DNA of 64,000 nt from Bugula neritina (taxonomy: Eukaryota; Animalia; Bryozoa): assembly GCA_964035545.1 (NCBI GenBank), contig OZ037769.1:3453929-3517928 (forward strand), read 5' to 3'. This document shows positions 12,710 through 38,919 of the stretch, piece after piece. The translations under genes were made by a program, and so were the position numbers. A model generated the notes under the pieces. That model was not told where the DNA came from and did not search any database. It saw nothing but the letters and a program-made list of their open reading frames with translations. How positions within the stretch are numbered: the stretch's first letter is position 1; each line of letters opens with the position of its first letter.

Positions 12710-15700
12710 CTAACTAGTAGCATACTTGCTAGCACTTGGTGCTGACAGTAGGCTGGCAGGCTCGCCAGACGTCTGTGACTTTATTAGAGACCCGTCTCCC
12801 TTCAGCACACCACAACAACTCCACGTACCCAGATAGTTAGCTGTAACATCACAGGAAGGTGAAGGCCAATAATACTAAACTGAAGCATCAAACTACTTGT
12901 ATAATACTTCCACTACTTTCTGAACATTTAACAGTTTGTGATAAGAGTAAGAACGATAAGAAGGTCATTAGGTGATGGCATATAATTGCTCTCTCTCATT
13001 CAGTCATTACTTCCAAACACTAGTAATTTTCTTATCGTACATTTAACATCCTATTTATTACATGGAAGTGATTGTGATACTTAAAAACTAGTTACACTCA
13101 ATACCTATGTATTTATTACACAATTTCCTAAAATGTTATAATATATATTATGATTAAATAAAGGTTTAAATAACAGAGTCTATAAATATAAGGTGGAGGG
13201 GAAAGACTGAAATAATTCTCTAGCTGTTAGTGAAATATACATCACTTGACTAAAGTTTATATATTATATCCATAAAACATTAACAGAACTAGAACCAAGT
13301 TAGCGATCGATATGTTTCAAATTTGACAAAACACAAAATTCTACAAATTAATAAAATGCTTTGTAGCAAGAAGTAAGCCTCGTGAAAAATACTAAAGTAA
13401 AGTAATTCATCAACAAAAGTAAGCTGGTGTACATACATTTCCATAGCCTCACGCACCCATCGTCACCAGTAGAGGCAAGGGTGGTACCAGTTATGTTCCA
13501 ACACAACCTCCAAACAGTCTGTTTATGGTCTGTAAACTGACCGACTATTTTCTGGTCAAACCTAGTGGTAGACTGGCTTTTGCTGGGAAGAATAAAATAA
13601 CAATTAGACCAAAGATTATATATTATATTCTATAGTAACTTTGCTAATGAGAGTAAAGAGTATTTGCTACATTCTATAGTAACTTTGATAATCAAAATAG
13701 TCTTTTCAAAAATCTTATCCCGCTTAGCTCTTTCATTGATATCTATATCATCTATTCAGCCTAAATCAGAAAATGAACTGTACGCCACGGGAGAGCATAT
13801 ATGTTGTAGCGCAGAATAGTTATTAGTAACCAGTTATCTGCAGCGTTATAGAAGGCTTATACCAAGTTATTAGAAACTACAGGATGCTATGCTTAGTGAA
13901 TGTTAGACCAACGCTTAGTCACCGCCATGCAAACACACCAAAGTTAGACCAAACCTTTTTAATATATTCAGACTCTTTGCTTAGAGGCAAACATCAGTGT
14001 ATTAATCAGGAACGAATATATGACAAAGCTGTTGATGGCAACACATCATGCAATATGTAAGATAGTTTAGACTTACCCCTGACTTTTCAACTGCACTATG
14101 GCCACATCTTTAGTAGCTATTGCCAACAGGTTCACCGACCTTCCAATGTTAGGAGCAAAGCAAAGATCTTGCACAGGCTCGGTGATGGAAGGGATGGAGT
14201 CTATTTTTGTACATTTTCTACGAGACAATGAGACAGGCTGAGATAACTCCAACAATTTCCAATAATATCTTTACCTTTCCAGGCAGAAACGTTTAATATG
14301 CTTTCATAACTTAGAGAAACAGAAGCAGCATTTAAACCATTTTTAACAGGAAAGAGCTGAAACACACCTCATTCCGTCGGAGAATTCGTATAGTATGACT
14401 TTGCCGGAGGGAGATGAGCTAGGGTCATCACAACCCACTGCTATGATTGGCTGAAGACGCCTAAGAAATAAATCACACATTGATAATACAGTACTTACAC
14501 TAAACATTCAATCATATATCCCTCACCTGCACTAAGAGTTGGGTATGAGAAAGGTTTGACAGTCTTTACCAACTGTTAGATGTGATGAGATACTAAAGGT
14601 GAGTATTATGTGTTGAAATCAAATGATCCATGCTATGTCAAGATGGCTATTGAAATGGAGCTTTAGTGGTTATACTCAATATGATAATGGTAAAAAGCAT
14701 GAAAATTTCTTGGCAAAAATCAACTACAAAAATGATAGAAGTTAACATTTTCAACAAAGTAAGCATAAAACATAGAAACAGGCACAGTATAGAATCAAAG
14801 GAGCTCAAAGATTAAATGATTCTACACCTAAACTGTAATCTAATAATGTCAGGCCACCAGTTACATAGTTACTATTGAGTCATAAAATATTAATACCACA
14901 TATGAGTAACTAAGCATACAGCTGCCTCAATTTTGCCATTTACAGTGACCTCTCCAAGTGAAATGCTATTGCTTACATAGCTGAACACCAGGATATGGAG
15001 CTGCAGCTCATTTTCACACCGATCTCTATAAGAATGTTCCACTGAGTGAGGTTCATAACGTCTGGCGCCTCGTAGATTCTCACTATACCATCGTTGGAGC
15101 AGGTGGCCTGCAAACACAAGGCTATGAATATATAACACATAAACAAGATTTCGCTATGCATAAAATGGAAAACAATAATAGAATAATACAGAATAAAATG
15201 ACAGCACGCAGAGCATTCAATCATGTGATAATACAAATAACATTAATAAAATATATAATTATATTAATATAGTATAAAATAATTATAATACAATATTTAA
15301 TAATAAAAACAAAGTATTAATAAAATACGAATTATTAAACAATATGATATAATGATGAAATACATATTAATGTTACAGTATATAATGACACTATTACAAT
15401 ATATAATAATAATTGAATATATAAAACCATGCTGTCATCTCACCAGCAACATTCCCAGGTTTTTAGGAGCAAACTTGACATCTGAGACGGATGTTCTGCT
15501 GTCTACGAAAGTGTGTTTAGAAACGAACTGGTTGTGGATTTCACCTGACGCTGACACACTTACTACAAACATACCAGATATATTCTATAACACATCACTA
15601 TATATTACATCACTATACATTATATGTCTCTATACATTATATAACTATATATTATATGTCCCTATATATTACATAACTATATATTACATAACTATATATT

Positions 15701-17571
15701 ATACATTATATCAATATAGATTATTATATTATATTACATCTCTATGTATTATTATATATTACATGACTATATTGCCACATAACAACATTGTCAGATGTCA
15801 CATCACCTAAGGCTAGGATATAGAGTGAATTAGTTAAGAAGCATTATGTAAATTTCACTCACTCATTTAAACGGCATAATTTCAAACACCAATTTTTACT
15901 CCTGAAGATGTGAATAAATGAAGATGCGAATTATCTTTAAAATATCAATGAAGAAGCATTATAAACTAAGAATTATAAAATACATTTCAATACAATTAAC
16001 AACATAATTATTATAGCTATGTTATCATCTTCTGCAGTCAATTAGTATAATGAATAATAGAGAGTTAGGATTTACTAACCCAGTTCTTCCCACACTATAG
16101 CAGTTCTGTCGAACGAGCAAGTAGCCAACACATTGCCAAACTCTGGGTGAGCCCAAACTACTCGCCAAATCGAGGCTTGGTGTGCCTGAAAGAGATAAAA
16201 TTGAACTGCAATAATCCTTGGTTTGGAATATATTAGGTAAAACACTTTACAACAGGGAGGCAAAATAATGACAATTTAAATAAGCTTTAATGGCAAAGGC
16301 AGTTCAAATAAGAAATAGTGACTGGATTAAAATAAGCATATATGTAAAGTTTTAACATAAATTACAATTCACTAACATAAATTGAGAAACAGCATTACCT
16401 TCCATGTATTCTTGCAAACCCAATCTTCATTGGAATCTTTTTCCCAAACCTAGTATAATAAATAACAGCATTAAACATTCTAAGGTTTACAAAACTATTT
16501 AACATAAACGTGATTTCTAAAGGAAGTATCTAGCCAGTATACAGGTAAAAGTAAAGAGTAAAAGTAGATCTAATACAACGTGATACAAAATTATTATACA
16601 ATATATCTAACCAAAATTTTTTAGCTCTAATTTAAATTATAAATTAAAAACAAAATTTTTCATAATTACATTTTGTAAAGATGTAAAATGAATAAAACCA
16701 TCAACATAAATATCAGAACTACCAGGAGACCTAACTCTAAAATAATTGAATACAAAACTGATATCAAACCAAAAAGTTTTGGTTAGATATACAATATATC
16801 TAACCAAATTTTTTTAGCTCTAATTTAAATTATAAATTAAAAACAAAATTTTTCATAATTACATTTTATAAAGATTTAAAATGAATAAAATCATCAACAT
16901 AAATATTAGAACTACCAGAAGACCTAACTCTAAAATAATTGAATACAAAACTGATATTCGATGGTCAGCAAGTTTAATCTAGAAGTTGATTGCATTGACA
17001 TTCACATTGGCAAGCAAATTATTTTACTGAGTCATAATCACAACTCTGAACTCAGGGTAAATGAAACCATTAAATTTAATGTTTTAGTGCAAATATTTTA
17101 GATAAACTTGAAACTGTCAAGCTTTTAACTAAAGCCCTGAACATAGACCTTATAATAATAAAAATTATAATAACACCAGCATGAGCATTCCCCTTCTAGG
17201 ACGTAAATAAATATTATAATTATATTAATATTATAATTATTCCTCATGATTAATAGACAATATGAATATGACTATCAATAATTATTCATGAGTCATGAGT
17301 CATGAGCCATGAGTCAGACTTTAAACATCACGACAGTCCTTAGGCTAAGGCTTAACATAATATTAATTGCAAACAAGAAAGACAAAATTAATTTAAAGCA
17401 GACTCTTTTATAAATTATATTCTTATTTATAAATAAAAAAATTCAACTTGCTTTTACATGCTGATCACTGGAACAAGTTGCTAGTCTATCGCCGTAGTAA
17501 TTGTACGATACATCGTGAATCAAATCTTTGTGGTTTGTTAAAGTTCCTTTCACTGATGATGACAGGGCCAT
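12710..17571 (-). CDS. SEH1L: Nucleoporin SEH1 (WD40; Nup107-160 and GATOR2 subunit), 9 exons
   Basis: Exons 17571-17452 ([27 protein letters not shown]), 16449-16399, 16185-16080 ([22 protein letters not shown]), 15562-15444, 15107-14977 ([10 protein letters not shown]), 14460-14368, 14217-14077, 13582-13437 ([21 protein letters not shown]) and 12840-12710. The extreme C-terminus is uncertain (possible donor AA|GTATGC near 12726). Confidence 0.95.
16595..16957. repeat. Tandem duplication, ~170-bp copies at 193-bp period, in SEH1 intron 1
   Basis: 16595-16764 and 16788-16957 are near-identical. Confidence 0.9.
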
Positions 17572-18174
17572 AGCATTAACTGATTAGTATTTAAAGTGGA
17601 TCCTAGCATGAAAAATGCACTGAAGGAAAGTGCAATCCTAGTCCGGAATTCTTATAATTGGTTAAAAGTAATGGCTCTAAAATTATTGCTTGCCAATGAT
17701 CTATCTTATACAGCTTAAGCAGTTGAATATTGAGGACCAATTAGGTTATTTGTTTTGTGGAAACGGCGAATTATCTCTTAATAAAGTTTAAACGTAGAGG
17801 AAGAGATCAATGTTGGAGGTCGTTTGAAAGTGAATATTAACCAGTGTTCTAAAACATAAAACTAATGATAAATAGAGCGAGTTCATATCCATTCTTACAA
17901 AAAAAATATAAATTAGGATTTCAGCTATAAGTAACGTAGGTCATTTTTCAAGAACACTCTCACTGTCTGCAATCAATAGGATTTCAATAGCTAAGTTCTC
18001 CTGCAGCTGCAAAACGCACATATTGATATTTACACAGTATCATACGATTATACATATTATACCTGAGATTGCGATTACAGTAAGTGCAGTTATTGATTGT
18101 GACTATAGTACCATTACTCAAACCAAATATTAGATATGCTGATAGAAAACTGAAAAGACCCCACTCATTCACCC

Positions 18175-18690
18175 AGTACGAGTATGAGTATGAGTATGAC
18201 TATGACTATCACTATCACTATCACTATGACTATCATTTACTATGAGACTATCACTATGACAGAATGAGTATGGGTATCAGGATCACTTTTCAGTATGAGT
18301 ATCAGTATCAGCAACTCTCAATATCAGTATTGAGTATGACGAATGGTTCTATAACTGTATAAGCAGCTTCGAGTTGGGGGTGACTGAGTGCAGGAGTTTG
18401 CGGTTCTTGAGTTTGGAGTTTGAGTTTATTGAAACAGTGACTGAGTCAGTGAGTGTCACTGTTAGCGTGAGTGTGACTGTATGAGTACGCGTGTTGCTCA
18501 TTTACAAGTGCTGTGTATCAGTATGACCACTTCGCTCTGTATGAATATTACAGAATCACCATTACTGTTAGTATGTTAATCATAATGATAGTGGTACTTT
18601 ATGCCCTATGGCTATAGTTCATCACTCTATGAGCACGAGTGTCACTATCAGTATAACTATAAGTACGAGTATCAGTATGAGCAGTATTCT
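18175..18690. repeat. Degenerate hexamer-phase repeat region (AGTATG/ACTATC/GAGTGT) containing a fragment of the 6720 fold-back family
   Basis: Runs of agtatg and actatc. 18361-18420 resembles an arm of 6720-6902. Confidence 0.65.
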
Positions 18691-19186
18691 GCTGCACTCA
18701 GTAGATGTGGTTGCATTGCCGTATGCTATGCTTACTCAATCCTAATCTTAAACTTATGATAATACTAATAATAATGTATCTATTTTCCTTAGTATTTTAG
18801 TCTATTTTAAAGCACAATTATAGTACTAATAGTTCTAGGGCCGTTGCCTATCTATTTTGTATTGCTGTTTACTTATTTGATAACATGTTTAGTTGCACTT
18901 GCTGGAAACAACAATTGCAAAACTTTGAAAAAATTGTTCTTATAGTATTTGTGCGGTTGCTGTATTCATGTTGAAATTTATAAATACTGGAAGAAATTGA
19001 TTTTAGTAATTGAATTTGAGGTTCCTACTACTATTGTGATTTTACTTATATTGACCTTAAAGTATACTTTGCCCTCTGTTTGTACTTTTTAAATTATTTT
19101 TTTCAAGCTATAGTTGTTCTACAAACACATTACATTATTTATACTGATCATTACCTTATTCAGATTGACAGTCGCACTGATTGATA

Positions 19187-32639
<13,453 letters not shown>

Positions 32640-33940
32640 AACTCAACTCTTCATTTATTAGAATAAATTACAGGAGATACTACAAGTAGCAGTGTACACC
32701 CAGTGGCCAGTAGACAATATCTTCTTGCATGGTGCTTTCTTACTATGAACTAATTTTCAATTTATATTATATACAAGATTTATACCTGCATAAATGATTT
32801 CTTAATTCTTTCAATTTATAATTGTGGGCATAATAGCTTTTCTACTAGTAAAAGCTCAGTATGGTAATTTATACTGGGGTAATTGACAAATTTACCTTTA
32901 CTGCGTGTAGACACTCTGTTAAAGTATTGCTATTCCAATTTGTTGGTCCAAAACAATTATTTAATTTATAACTTAGTTGTTTAAATGCAATGATTTTTGT
33001 GGTTCATTTTGAAATACAGATCAATTGCTAAAATTAATGTTAATTTTATTCACTCAAACCACAAAATATGTAATATTCCACCTAACACTGACAGGCTAGC
33101 AAAAGGACATTGTATTACTGCCTACTTTACTAAAGCATTAATAAACATGAGTTCAACATAAATGAAAAACCAATTAAGTTTCATTAGCCCCTTGGTGGGT
33201 AAATTATTATAGCTGATCAACTTATTTTATTTATGCAAATTATAACAGTCTGGGGTATTTTACTGCTTGTTCACCGTTTTCTGAAAAGTAGTTTTCAACT
33301 TAATAATTATCTGGAAAAGTGCTTATTGGTCATTTAAATGTAGTTGGGGAAAAATATTAATAGCCTGAGCTCTTTAATTTTCCTAATATTATTTGTTTGG
33401 GACCCTTCTTGAAACGCTTGCAAAAACATAACTTCTTTTGCTGTTACTGCTCTTACATTATACATGATTGCCAATAACTACAATATGTTTTGAAGTTTTA
33501 GTAGAACTTTTGCAAGAGTTGGTATTACAAAAAGGTAGTTTTTAATCATAAATGAGCATTTAAACAACCAGTTTAAAATATCTCCAAATTGACACATCGG
33601 TATTCATACATTTGTATCTTTCAAGTGAGATATAAAATAGTCTGGGATGATAGGTTAAACTGTGCACACTAGTTTTGCCAGTAGTCAGTAAATTCTCCAA
33701 AAAAGTGAATTAATACAATATTTTATTTCAATTCACTCAGTCACTCCTTTCTACGGACAGTTTATGAGTAAACATGGTGTTTATGATGCATCAATGAAAA
33801 GTTATTTGTGGTTTGTGCTCGAAATAATATTTTTATATCACAGTCTTTGGTACTGTTGGGAGATAATTTTATTTTTGTGTTTAGTGAATAAAAGTGATTG
33901 TTTGTGCAAACTTATTGTTTTAACGTTTCTCACCCTATAC

Positions 33941-34231
33941 GGGTCATTTTTCCTAATTTAGTACACACTGGAAATCTCCAATTTTTAGCTATTTTTATAA
34001 TTTAGCTGCTAATGAACATGGGATTTTGGCCAAAACTAGTAAAGTATCAATAAACACACCTAAATAATCAAGGTTCTTCTTAATTTTGCTTGATTTCTCT
34101 TGTTTTTTCCTATTTATTTAGCTGATACTTTACTAGTTTTGGCCAAAATCCCATGTTCATTAGCAGCTAAATTGGGAAAAATAGCTAAAAACTGGGGATT
34201 TCCAATGTGTACTAAATTAAGTAAAATGATC
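33941..34231. mobile_element. Long inverted repeat / MITE, ~108-bp arms and ~75-bp spacer
   Basis: The perfect 51-nt core aatttagctgctaatgaacatgggattttggccaaaactagtaaagtatca is followed by its reverse complement. The outer arms have mismatches. Confidence 0.85.
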
Positions 34232-34422
34232 TATCCTGCTGACTAAAAGTGTCTTATCCAATATATCCCTGTTATTTGCTTTGCTCTATTAGTTTGCATT
34301 ATCACTACAATGAAGCAAAGACACAAATCTAATCAAAATTTAAAGTAGCGGACAATTTAAGTATTTATAAAATAAAACTGTATTACAAAACATAAATGAT
34401 TATACAAATTTTACAATTTGAA

Positions 34423-37400
34423 TCACCATTGAAACCATGGAGCTGTTTTCCGATAGAGTTCTTCGTAGTACCACTCTGTAAAAAACTGTATACTAGGCAC
34501 ATGGTAGAATATCCTCTCATCATCTTCGGAGATCCAATATGGCTTCAAAATCTCCACTATCCCCTTATCATCCCCTGTAAAATATGACAGTTCAGTGTCT
34601 GGTATCAGGGCACCTTGCATGCTTGCCGTCCTGTTAACTAGAATTCCCATGTACACATCGTCTGTGTGCATGTACTTGGTACGCAGGGCTGTGCGAAACA
34701 AGTCTAATGCGTGTCGTGGTGACAGGAAGTAGACGAGTCCTTGAAACCATGTAGGATATTCTTTGTGAGGCCACACATCCTTAGATACAAACCATTTGCT
34801 TTCAGGATTCCTATTAGGAGAACTGTCACTTAACGGTACTCCTGCAAATATATCAACACTTCGTAAAATGTATCAGCATTTTGTAATATATATCAACACT
34901 CTATAGTATGTATCAACACTCTATAATATATATCAACACTCTATAATATATATCAACACTTTGTAATATATATCAACACTCTATAATATGTATAAACACT
35001 TCGTAATATATATCAACACTCTATAAAATGTATCAACACTCTATAATATATATCAACACTTAGTAATATATATCAACACTTAGTAATATGTATCAACACT
35101 TCGTAATATATATCAACACTCTATAATATATATATCAACACTTAGTAATATGTATCAACACTCTATGATATATATCAACACTTGATTACTAACCTATATA
35201 CAGTGAATTGTGATGAGATATCCATCTCTGTATTTTCTTGGCTAGACTTGACAGTTTCGAGTCTTTAGCTAACACGTCGTCATCCAGTTTCATTAATAAT
35301 GACGCATTAGAACAGAACTTTGAGGTCCAACTACAATTTAATACACACGTTGAAAATTTAATATCCAAATGTTCCTCAAATTGTTGGCAGTAACTTTGGC
35401 ACACTCAATATACAAGAATATGAGAAAGGGTGTGTTGTTATCATATTTCAAACTGAACAGTTGGATATAATTTTTGAAGACAAAAGCAGATTGTGTTCTT
35501 TGCATTCATTCTGTTTGAACCTTTTAATCTAAAGAAACTCAGTAGCTTTGTTATTGCCACGCCACATAGTCTACTTCAGGTCAAAACTGTCCTTCTGATT
35601 AGCATATTCAGAGAAATGACTTCTAAAGTCAGTAACATAGTCTAGTTGGTCAGTGGCCACATTAGCAGTCATAAATCATATCCCTAGGCAATGATAAATG
35701 GAGTTGTGCTACACAAAATATTCCACTATAAAATGTATACATGTAAGGATGCATTATATGTGCTTTTTCGACCTGCCATGTGGCTGGGACTTTATATTAA
35801 TCTATGCTATTTAATCAGTTGCTATGAAAAAAGCTATGTTTGGTTAATTGCTTTAGTGTTTTTAGAAATAATACCCCTTCCCCTGCCTAGGGCTCTAGGC
35901 CCTAAGGTGTTACTGGTATGCATACACATTTGGTCAACTTTCTCTGCATAGGCTACAAGGCATGGTGGTAATCAGGTTACAGGAATATAACTTATCCAAT
36001 AGTAATACCAGCATAAAACACACTATAGGTAACCATCTATTTATTACATCAGCTGTGAAATGCCTACCTAGTTCAATAACCATGCTTTGCAGTAACACTA
36101 TACATATGCACATATGCACCGCTAGTATATTTTACACATTCAGCCTTACATCAAGCTTGTTTTTATTGTTTAATGCATCCCCATGTTATAAAAATAGAGA
36201 AATTAATCAAACACTCTCTTCAAAATTAAACTGACAATATGTCTACGATAATTGTCTACTTCATCCCTATTCTCTAAATCAAAAATAGTACAGGAGTTAC
36301 CAAAACACTATTTCAACATTCAACCTATCATCAAACATGTCAGCAGCAATGCTGGGTATGCAGTAAACTTGTCATACTGTTTTATCCTCAAAATTTTAGA
36401 GAATAGTTAAAAACTAGGGATAACACAAACCTCTTAAACTGGGAGGGGAGTTATTTAATTCATCTCATGACCCAAGAATATAGTTTAATTATTCATACAA
36501 ATCTGTTATTAAAAAGTGTAATTTCATAAACTATATAGACCCTTACTGCGTAGTCTACTGATGCTCTCCTTAAATTCAGATTAAATCACACTCAATCAAA
36601 AGATATGATTTATAAAGCTCGTTCTATGTTATAAATTGATGTATTTTATTAATATGCGGTTTCAGTGACTTCCTATATTGCGGTGTGTTATTCAGAAATA
36701 GACTATATATATAACTAACATATGGAAGATAGAGGATTATATGTAGGTTGAAGAGTAACAATGGTTTTGACAACATGAAGACCTTTGCTAAAATATTATG
36801 TAATGAATGCTGTCTATATATTATATTATATAATGGTATGTTATATAATAATATATTACACTGCACTGATTAGCTTGCGTGAGAGATACAATCATATGGT
36901 AAACAATCAATATTAACACAACAATGATTGAGCCACTTTATGCTGTATATAATATCTTCTATCTAGAGAGGTTATTAAATCAACACCTTTGATTTCTAAA
37001 TAAAATTGTCCTTAGTGACCTATTTTTATAAATGTTCTGTGGGTTATAAGTATAAGATGAGATTACATCATATCTATTTATTTCGCATTAAAATTATGAT
37101 GGTTGGTGAGACATGTTATGTGAGAACAATTAGAATATATATTTGTATGACCAGGGTGTGCTATAAGCACTATAGATTAAATTCCATCTATTTGAATATC
37201 TTTTAATCTCTATGCCAATAACGAACCTTGCTAAAATACTTCTACCATAAACAGAAGCAAAAGAACTTTAAGCACTTCATCTGTATGCAAATCAGTTGGA
37301 ATCGATTTAGTGTAAACGAGAAATTTGGCATTCTATTTTGCTACAAGCCACACACCACTATTCATTACATTTATCATGACGTGATGACTTCGTCACAACT

Positions 37401-38919
37401 AGTTTCAACAATTGCAATCCGTCTAAAAAACTTCAAAAACCTGAATTATAAAGAAAATCTTTTCCATAGATCATACGTATTTTTAAAAACAACTATTCAT
37501 GGCCAGCTTAAAACTTGGTTTTTATATCAAAACTGAGAAGGTTTAGGCTGTTGAAATTGATAGTTACTGCAGTAGATGATTTTGTAATTAAAGAAGAAAA
37601 CTAACTGTATATATCATATGCAGTTGCTGTAGGTATTATGTAAATACTTACAGTAAATATGACATTTACTTGTAGGTATTATGTATATACTTACAGTAAA
37701 TATGACATTAACTTGTAGGTATTATGTGTATAAGTATCCTTAAAAGTAGACTGCACTATATCTCCATACATCTCATTTTCATACTCTATTCTCAATTGTT
37801 CTTTTCGACTATGTGCCATACCAGTGAAGAATACTATTTTCACATTTAAACCCAACTTCCTGCGTAGCAAACTGCTGTGTAGCCAGGTGTTCCTTAGTAA
37901 CATTCGTCTGTTCCTATATGCATTCTGAAATAGAAATTCCCTAGTAAATTAGAAAATCTTGGGTTAGAGAAAAAACTAGCTCAAAGAAAATTGATAGATG
38001 CAGCACCAAGCTGGGGATGACAGGGTTTGTATAGCCTGGGTGTCCTAACTCAAAACTCCATACTCGAGACCACCCCCTCCTACTACTGCACTTAGTAATC
38101 ACTAATTTCAAGCAATCTCCTGGCACAAAACTATAAACCAAACAGTCTTCATGCAAACTGATTCGGATATAACTTCCAGTCCTACACCCTATAAATCTAG
38201 TATTTAAGGCAGCTTGTCCAAAGTTACACAATCACACTTTAGGCTGTTAGAGGCATTCAAAGATTTTGTAATAAATTTTACATTTTTAGCTGACATCACA
38301 AACATATATGGCATGAGAAATAGAAACTAAGAGCTATAAATTTATGATTATCTATAAAAAAGAAGTTTGCAATTTCTCTATAAATCAGATGAAGCTAAGC
38401 CTATGAAACTGAGGTGTGGTTGAAAAACAGGTGAAGAAGTCAACTAGAACTAACCTCTCTAGTCTAATGTGTCATAACGACTGCTATTTAAAAATACTTA
38501 TTTTTGTGGTTTACATTGGAGATATATTAATTTATTAATAGTGACATCGCATTCAAAGAATTTATACACTCATCATCATCTCCTAACTGTAAACCAGGCA
38601 AAAAATTCATCTGGCAGTACATGCGTCATTTGAACACGCTTTCAACAGTCAAGAAATCTAAAGAATAATTTACTAGCTTTCAAGTGATCATACATACCTT
38701 AGTAGAAGTGTGAACTACTATAAGTATCTTCTGACTAGGGGTACAAGGGGTGGATCGAAGTACGAAATCAAATTTATAGGGGTTGACTATAGGCATGTCT
38801 TTCGGTGAATACTTTTTGAGCTTTTCAAATGAGCCTGTATTCCAGTCCGAGTGAGACATTTTACAAATTGTTGAAAGTACCATTATGAATATGTATAGTT
38901 TTTTAGTATCCAAGTGCAT
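34423..38919 (-). CDS. GT31-family beta-1,3-galactosyl/GlcNAc transferase-like protein, 4 coding exons
   Basis: Exons ~38919-38698, ~37925-37695 (RRMLLRNTW; E..MYGDIVQSTFKDTYTHNTYK), ~35331-35194 (MKLDDDV, DxD motif) and 34841-34423 (RNPESKWFVS, YPTWFQG, DDVYMG). A probable 5'UTR exon ends near 40170. Confidence 0.9.
34849..35183. repeat. 20-bp minisatellite (tatcaacactctataatata) filling the last GT31 intron
   Basis: About 16 copies in the 352-bp intron 34842-35193. Confidence 0.95.
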
